Shown here in pieces: positions 59,664 through 64,000 of a DNA stretch of 64,000 nucleotides. The stretch's first letter is position 1. The number at the start of each line of letters is the position of its first letter. The stretch is from sequence record DRR378314_197; one strand, 5' to 3'. Made by a program: the position numbers and the translations under genes. The notes under the pieces are model-generated. The model had not been told where the DNA came from, made no database searches, and worked only from the letters and a program-made list of their open reading frames with translations.

Positions 59664-59704
59664 GCCGTTTCGTCTCAGACCAGACGAAGCGGCCTTATCT
59701 TTTC
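59664..59704. terminator. hairpin between the convergent ggt2 and rssA genes
   Basis: GCCGTTTCGTCT-CAGACC-AGACGAAGCGGC. Confidence 0.6.
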
Positions 59705-59720
59705 AGGTGAGAGATTCCTA

Positions 59721-60695
59721 TTAACCTCTGCGCTCACGATAGAGTTCAATTTCTTCCATGATCAAATCACGCATTCTGGTAGTTGTTTCGTAACCAAGAT
59801 CAATAGCTTCCTGACCTCGATAAAACTCCATAATGCCAATATGGCCGAGCTTAGGCTGCACTAAGATATCGGGTGGATCGCCTGCCATGCGAGCTTTAGT
59901 AATACGCTCCTGCATAATATCTATGGAGCTGGCCATAACACTGAACATACCGGGTGCTTTCTCACCATTATTCCTAAAGCGTTCTTTAAAGCTGTCCAGA
60001 TACTCTTTACTGCCTGACCACATATTATCGAAAAAGCCGTTTTCGTTATCCTGAATCTCTGTATCCGCCTTTTCTTTATCCAACTGTTCAGCTTCTGTCT
60101 GAGGCGGAATACTACGCCCTTTTCGTTGTTGCGCCTTAGAGTTCAACTGTGAGTTAAGGTGAACAGCGATAACAAAGTCGGCACCTAAAGCGCGGCATAA
60201 AGACACCGGAACCGGGTTAACCAAACCACCGTCAATTAACCAGCGACCATCAAATGACTTAGGCGATAATATTCCGGGCATGGCACAGGAAGCTCTGGAG
60301 GCATCGTAAAGGTCACCGTTGCGTAACCAAATCTCGCGACCACTATATAAATCGGTAGCTACTGCGCCATAAGTAACAGGTAAGTCTTCAATATTACGTT
60401 GCCCAAATTCCTCCCGAGCGCGATTAAAGACTTTCTCTCCACCAATAATACCGCCGTGGTTGAAACCAAAGTCCAGCAAATTAAACACTTCCCAACGGTT
60501 CATGCCCTGAACCCATTGTTCTATCTCCGCCAACCGCCCGGACGCATAACCAGCCCCCACTAACGAGCCAATTGATGTGCCGGCCACCATATTTATACGT
60601 ACGCCCATCTCTTCCAATGCCTTAATGACACCAATGTGCGCCCATCCTCTTGCCGCTCCAGAGCCCAGAGCTAAAGCGACTTTCACTTCAGACAT
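59721..60695 (-). CDS. rssA: patatin-like phospholipase RssA
   Basis: LGSGAARGWAHIGV, GTSIG, DGG, AGDPPD. Confidence 0.9.
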   Translation of the reverse strand: MSEVKVALALGSGAARGWAHIGVIKALEEMGVRINMVAGTSIGSLVGAGYASGRLAEIEQWVQGMNRWEVFNLLDFGFNHGGIIGGEKVFNRAREEFGQRNIEDLPVTYGAVATDLYSGREIWLRNGDLYDASRASCAMPGILSPKSFDGRWLIDGGLVNPVPVSLCRALGADFVIAVHLNSQLNSKAQQRKGRSIPPQTEAEQLDKEKADTEIQDNENGFFDNMWSGSKEYLDSFKERFRNNGEKAPGMFSVMASSIDIMQERITKARMAGDPPDILVQPKLGHIGIMEFYRGQEAIDLGYETTTRMRDLIMEEIELYRERRG

Positions 60696-60775
60696 GTGCT
60701 GTTTCCTACTTTTCTTAATAATGTATCTATCGTACTATGATTACTCATTCGTCAACAACATCACTGAGCAGTTAG

Positions 60776-62098
60776 ATGATTTGGACAGAACGTCAGTCAG
60801 GTACATCAGAACGGCGCCCTAACGATACCCGCACAAACTTTCAACGGGACAAAGCCCGAATTCTTCACAGTGCGGCATTCAGACGGCTGCAGGCAAAAAC
60901 TCAGGTTATGTATGTTGGTATGCACGACTTCCCCCGTACACGACTGACCCATTCGCTGGAAGCCAGTCAAATTGGTGCCAGCCTGGTAGTTCATTTAAGT
61001 AACCAGCATCCGGCACTGGCTGAGCAACTGGAGCTGTCAGAGCCTTTGCTAGAGTCTTTATGTCTGGCTCACGACATAGGCCATCCGCCATTTGGCCACG
61101 GTGGCGAAATTGCTCTTAATTATATGATGCGCAATAACGGCGGGTTTGAAGGTAACGGCCAAACATTTCGTATTGTCACCCAGCTTGAAGCTTACACGCC
61201 TGAGCATGGCATGAGCTTAACCAGAAGAACTCTGCTGGGGCTGTTAAAGTACCCGGTATTAGCGAGCGCAATCCGAAGGCAAGAACTTCCCCCTGAGGTA
61301 ACAAACTTTCGTCATTTGCCCACCCGCGAATGGCTACCACCAAAAGCCTTGTATGACGACGACTCAGAGCAGCTAGACTGGGTACTTCAGCCGCTAAGCA
61401 CTAACGATAAGAAAAATTTTCAGGCATTAGTGCACGAAGCGACACAAAGTACCCACGGAAAAAGCGCCCTTAAAAGTATTGATGCGTCCATTATGGAAGC
61501 CGCAGACGATATCGCATACGGCGTTCACGATCTTGAGGACGCCATTGTTGTCGGCCTGATCCAGCGGCATCACTGGGAAGAACACATGTTCTTCGATTTA
61601 CAGCAGCTTGAAGCAGAGCTTTCCGACTTTAACGCCCGAAAGTTAACCGAAGATCTTTTTTCTGGCAGCCATCACCTCCGCAAGCAGGCAATAGGAGGGT
61701 TAGTTAACCGGCTGCTTACCTCAGCAAGGCTGAACTCTACTGAATACAATTTTGACTGCCCTTTGCTGCAATATGAAGTTCAGTTAGGAGCTGCCGAAAA
61801 AATTCTGCTGAACTCGTTAAAGCAATTTATTTTTAAATGGGTGATTCGAAAGCCTGAGATGCAGGCACAGGAGTTTAAAGGCCAACAGATTGTTATGGAA
61901 CTGTTTGAGGTTTTAGCCGTAGAGCCGGAACGTTTATTGCCTGAAAATACCCGTTTGCGTTATCTGCAACAGCAACAAAAAGGTGGGAATGCTCTGCGCG
62001 TAATTTCTGATTACCTTTCCGGCATGACTGATGGGTATGCCGCTAAACTTTATCAGGAGCTGTTCTCAGTCAGCTCACCCAAAAGTGCGTTTCAGTAA
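60776..62098 (+). CDS. dgt: HD-superfamily dGTP triphosphohydrolase-like protein
   Basis: RRLQAKTQV, RTRLTHSLE, AHDIGHPPFGHGGE, FEGNGQ, ADDIAY..HDLEDA, GMTD. Confidence 0.92.
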   Translation: MIWTERQSGTSERRPNDTRTNFQRDKARILHSAAFRRLQAKTQVMYVGMHDFPRTRLTHSLEASQIGASLVVHLSNQHPALAEQLELSEPLLESLCLAHDIGHPPFGHGGEIALNYMMRNNGGFEGNGQTFRIVTQLEAYTPEHGMSLTRRTLLGLLKYPVLASAIRRQELPPEVTNFRHLPTREWLPPKALYDDDSEQLDWVLQPLSTNDKKNFQALVHEATQSTHGKSALKSIDASIMEAADDIAYGVHDLEDAIVVGLIQRHHWEEHMFFDLQQLEAELSDFNARKLTEDLFSGSHHLRKQAIGGLVNRLLTSARLNSTEYNFDCPLLQYEVQLGAAEKILLNSLKQFIFKWVIRKPEMQAQEFKGQQIVMELFEVLAVEPERLLPENTRLRYLQQQQKGGNALRVISDYLSGMTDGYAAKLYQELFSVSSPKSAFQ

Positions 62099-62107
62099 CT
62101 TTTACTT

Positions 62108-62138
62108 ATAAAAAAACCGGAGCAATAAGCTCCGGCTT
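62108..62138 (-). terminator. terminator after recA (likely bidirectional)
   Basis: CCGGAGC-loop-GCTCCGG with a T run on the minus strand. Confidence 0.8.
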
Positions 62139-62160
62139 GTTATTCCGAAAAACAAATCAG

Positions 62161-63279
62161 TTATGACAAACTGATATCATCTTTCTCATTACCTTTCTTT
62201 TCTGTTTTCTTGTCTGCTTTAGCTTCGCTCTTCGCATCTTCTTTTGCAGCAGCGCGCTCAGCTTCACGAATTTCTTTTGTTCTCTTTTCTGGTTTCGACA
62301 ACAACAGTTCGCGAATACGACCTTCTAATTCATCGGCAATTTTAGGGTTGTCCTGCAAAAACTTCATTGAGTTAGCTTTACCCTGACCAATTTTGTCGCC
62401 GTTATAACTGTACCAGGCACCGGCTTTATCAACCATTTTGTGCTTAACACCCAGGTCAATAAGCTCACCTTCTTTAGAAATACCTTTGCCGTATAAAATT
62501 TGGAAGTGCGCTTCTTTAAACGGAGGAGCCACCTTGTTTTTAACCACTTTCACGCGGGTTTCGTTACCCACAACTTCGTCACCTTCTTTCAATGCACCGG
62601 TACGGCGAATATCCAGACGAACAGAAGAGTAAAACTTCAGGGCGTTACCACCCGTGGTAGTTTCAGGGTTACCAAACATCACACCAATTTTCATCCGAAT
62701 TTGGTTGATGAAAATACACATGGTGTTGGACTTCTTAATGTTCGACGTTAATTTACGCAAGGCTTGTGACATTAAACGAGCCTGCAAGCCAACATGGCTA
62801 TCGCCCATTTCGCCTTCAATTTCCGCTTTTGGTGTTAGCGCTGCTACCGAGTCAACAATCACAATATCGACTGCGCCGGAACGAACCAGCATGTCACAAA
62901 TTTCTAAAGCCTGCTCACCGGTATCTGGTTGCGATATTAATAAATCATCAACGTTAACACCTAAAGCTTCGGCATAAATCGGGTCTAACGCGTGCTCAGC
63001 ATCTACGAAGGCACAGGTCTTACCCATTTTTTGCGCTTCGGCGATGACTTCCAGAGTCATGGTCGTTTTACCACTGGACTCAGGACCGTAAATTTCTACA
63101 ACCCGCCCAAAAGGCAAACCACCAATACCAAGAGCAATATCCAGCCCTAACGAACCGGTTGAAACAGAATCGATATCCAGGGTCTGGTTATCACCCAGAC
63201 GCATGATAGAACCTTTACCAAATTGACGTTCGATTTGTCCGAGCGCTGCATCTAACGCCTTTTGACGATCATTGCTCAT
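62161..63279 (-). CDS. recA: recombinase A
   Basis: [38 protein letters not shown]. Confidence 0.99.
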
Positions 63280-63300
63280 TATAAGCTCCGTTATTAATCA

Positions 63301-63342
63301 CTGGTTTTATAAACAGTATACTGTACACATTTACAGTATCAA
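63301..63342 (-). promoter_or_regulatory. recA promoter with two tandem LexA (SOS) boxes
   Basis: CTG-N10-CAG at 63301-63316 and 63321-63336; TTGATA-N16-TATACT on the minus strand. Confidence 0.9.
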
Positions 63343-63378
63343 GCGTTGTTCTTATTTTTTCATTAAAACAAAAGTAAG

Positions 63379-63885
63379 TTATTGTAATTCAATTAGATTT
63401 ATAAGTTTATCCAGAACTGTATCTAAGGTTTGTAAGCGCACCTGAGTGCGGTCACCTGCAAATTGTTCAGACCAGCACCAACAGCTTTCACTATTTGCTA
63501 TTGCCATCCACACCAAACCCACTGGTTTATCCGCTGTACCGCCTGCGGGGCCTGCCACACCACTCACAGCAATAGCCCAATCGGCATCACATGCCGCTAT
63601 GGCTCCAACGGCCATTTGCCGAACACAGGCTTCAGAAACTGCACCATGCTTTTCCAGTACGTCAGACTCAACCAGCAGCAACTTTTGCTTAAGGGCATTA
63701 GTATAGGTGATTAATCCACCATTAAACCAAGCAGAACTTCCCGCAACTTCGGTAATAGCGTATCCTATCCCTCCTCCGGTACAAGATTCTGCGGTGCATA
63801 ATGTCTGCTGCTTCTGCTGTAGACTCGAACCCACTTGTTCCGCGAGTTTAAAGGTTTGCGGCGCGATTGCCGTGGTTGCTAACAT
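63379..63885 (-). CDS. pncC: NMN deamidase PncC (CinA C-terminal domain)
   Basis: TAESCTGG, GSS.WF, HGAVSE, SGVAGP.GG...KPVG.V. Confidence 0.92.
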   Translation of the reverse strand: MLATTAIAPQTFKLAEQVGSSLQQKQQTLCTAESCTGGGIGYAITEVAGSSAWFNGGLITYTNALKQKLLLVESDVLEKHGAVSEACVRQMAVGAIAACDADWAIAVSGVAGPAGGTADKPVGLVWMAIANSESCWCWSEQFAGDRTQVRLQTLDTVLDKLINLIELQ

Positions 63886-63915
63886 AACACTGGCTCCAGA
63901 TAAGAATAATCAATT

Positions 63916-64000
63916 ATGCCTGAATTCTCTGATAAACAGATCCAATCACATACCCCAATGATGCAGCAATACCTACGGATAAAAGCGGAGCATGCTGACA
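63916..64000 (+). CDS. mutS: DNA mismatch repair MutS, 5' end only
   Basis: translated by hand: MPEFSDKQIQSHTPMMQQYLRIKAEHAD; HTPMMQQYL signature and mutS-pncC-recA synteny. Confidence 0.92.
   Translation, partial: MPEFSDKQIQSHTPMMQQYLRIKAEHAD

Noticed and set aside
1-64000. CRISPR arrays, IS elements, prophage, rRNA or riboswitches
   Set aside because: I saw no spaced direct repeats, transposase or phage genes. Intergenic gaps are short and nothing was recognised by eye, though an Rfam covariance search was not possible.

Overview
Core-genome segment of a marine gammaproteobacterium; gene content, synteny and the many secreted peptidases suggest Idiomarina or a related Alteromonadales member (inference, not searched). 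The window starts in tRNA-Pro(GGG) and ends in the 5' end of mutS. In order it holds: a Fic-HTH protein with a degenerate active site; a NemR-like TetR/SDR/luciferase-like module; asnA/asnC with selD-mnmH coupled directly behind asnC; an M14 peptidase; a small DUF1328 gene missed by the ORF track; a CstA-like transporter + Cys-Cys-stop small protein + single-domain ArsA/Get3 ATPase operon; acrAB-like RND genes with an AcrR-type operator but no local acrR; a GT2-GtrA fusion; an M28 peptidase, selO, yvcK, dcd, apbC, metG, PilZ, hspQ, hinT, ggt, rhombosortase and an S9 peptidase; a Phe/Tyr homogentisate cluster with tyrR and megL; pspABC-ycjXF/pspF-sapABCDF; putP, a second ggt, rssA, a dGTPase, recA with tandem SOS boxes, and pncC. 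I saw no mobile elements, prophage or CRISPR. The best candidate for an uncharacterised system is the CstA/CC-stop/ArsA-Get3 operon at 12.7-15.8 kb. All calls come from recognising motifs by eye; no database searches were run.
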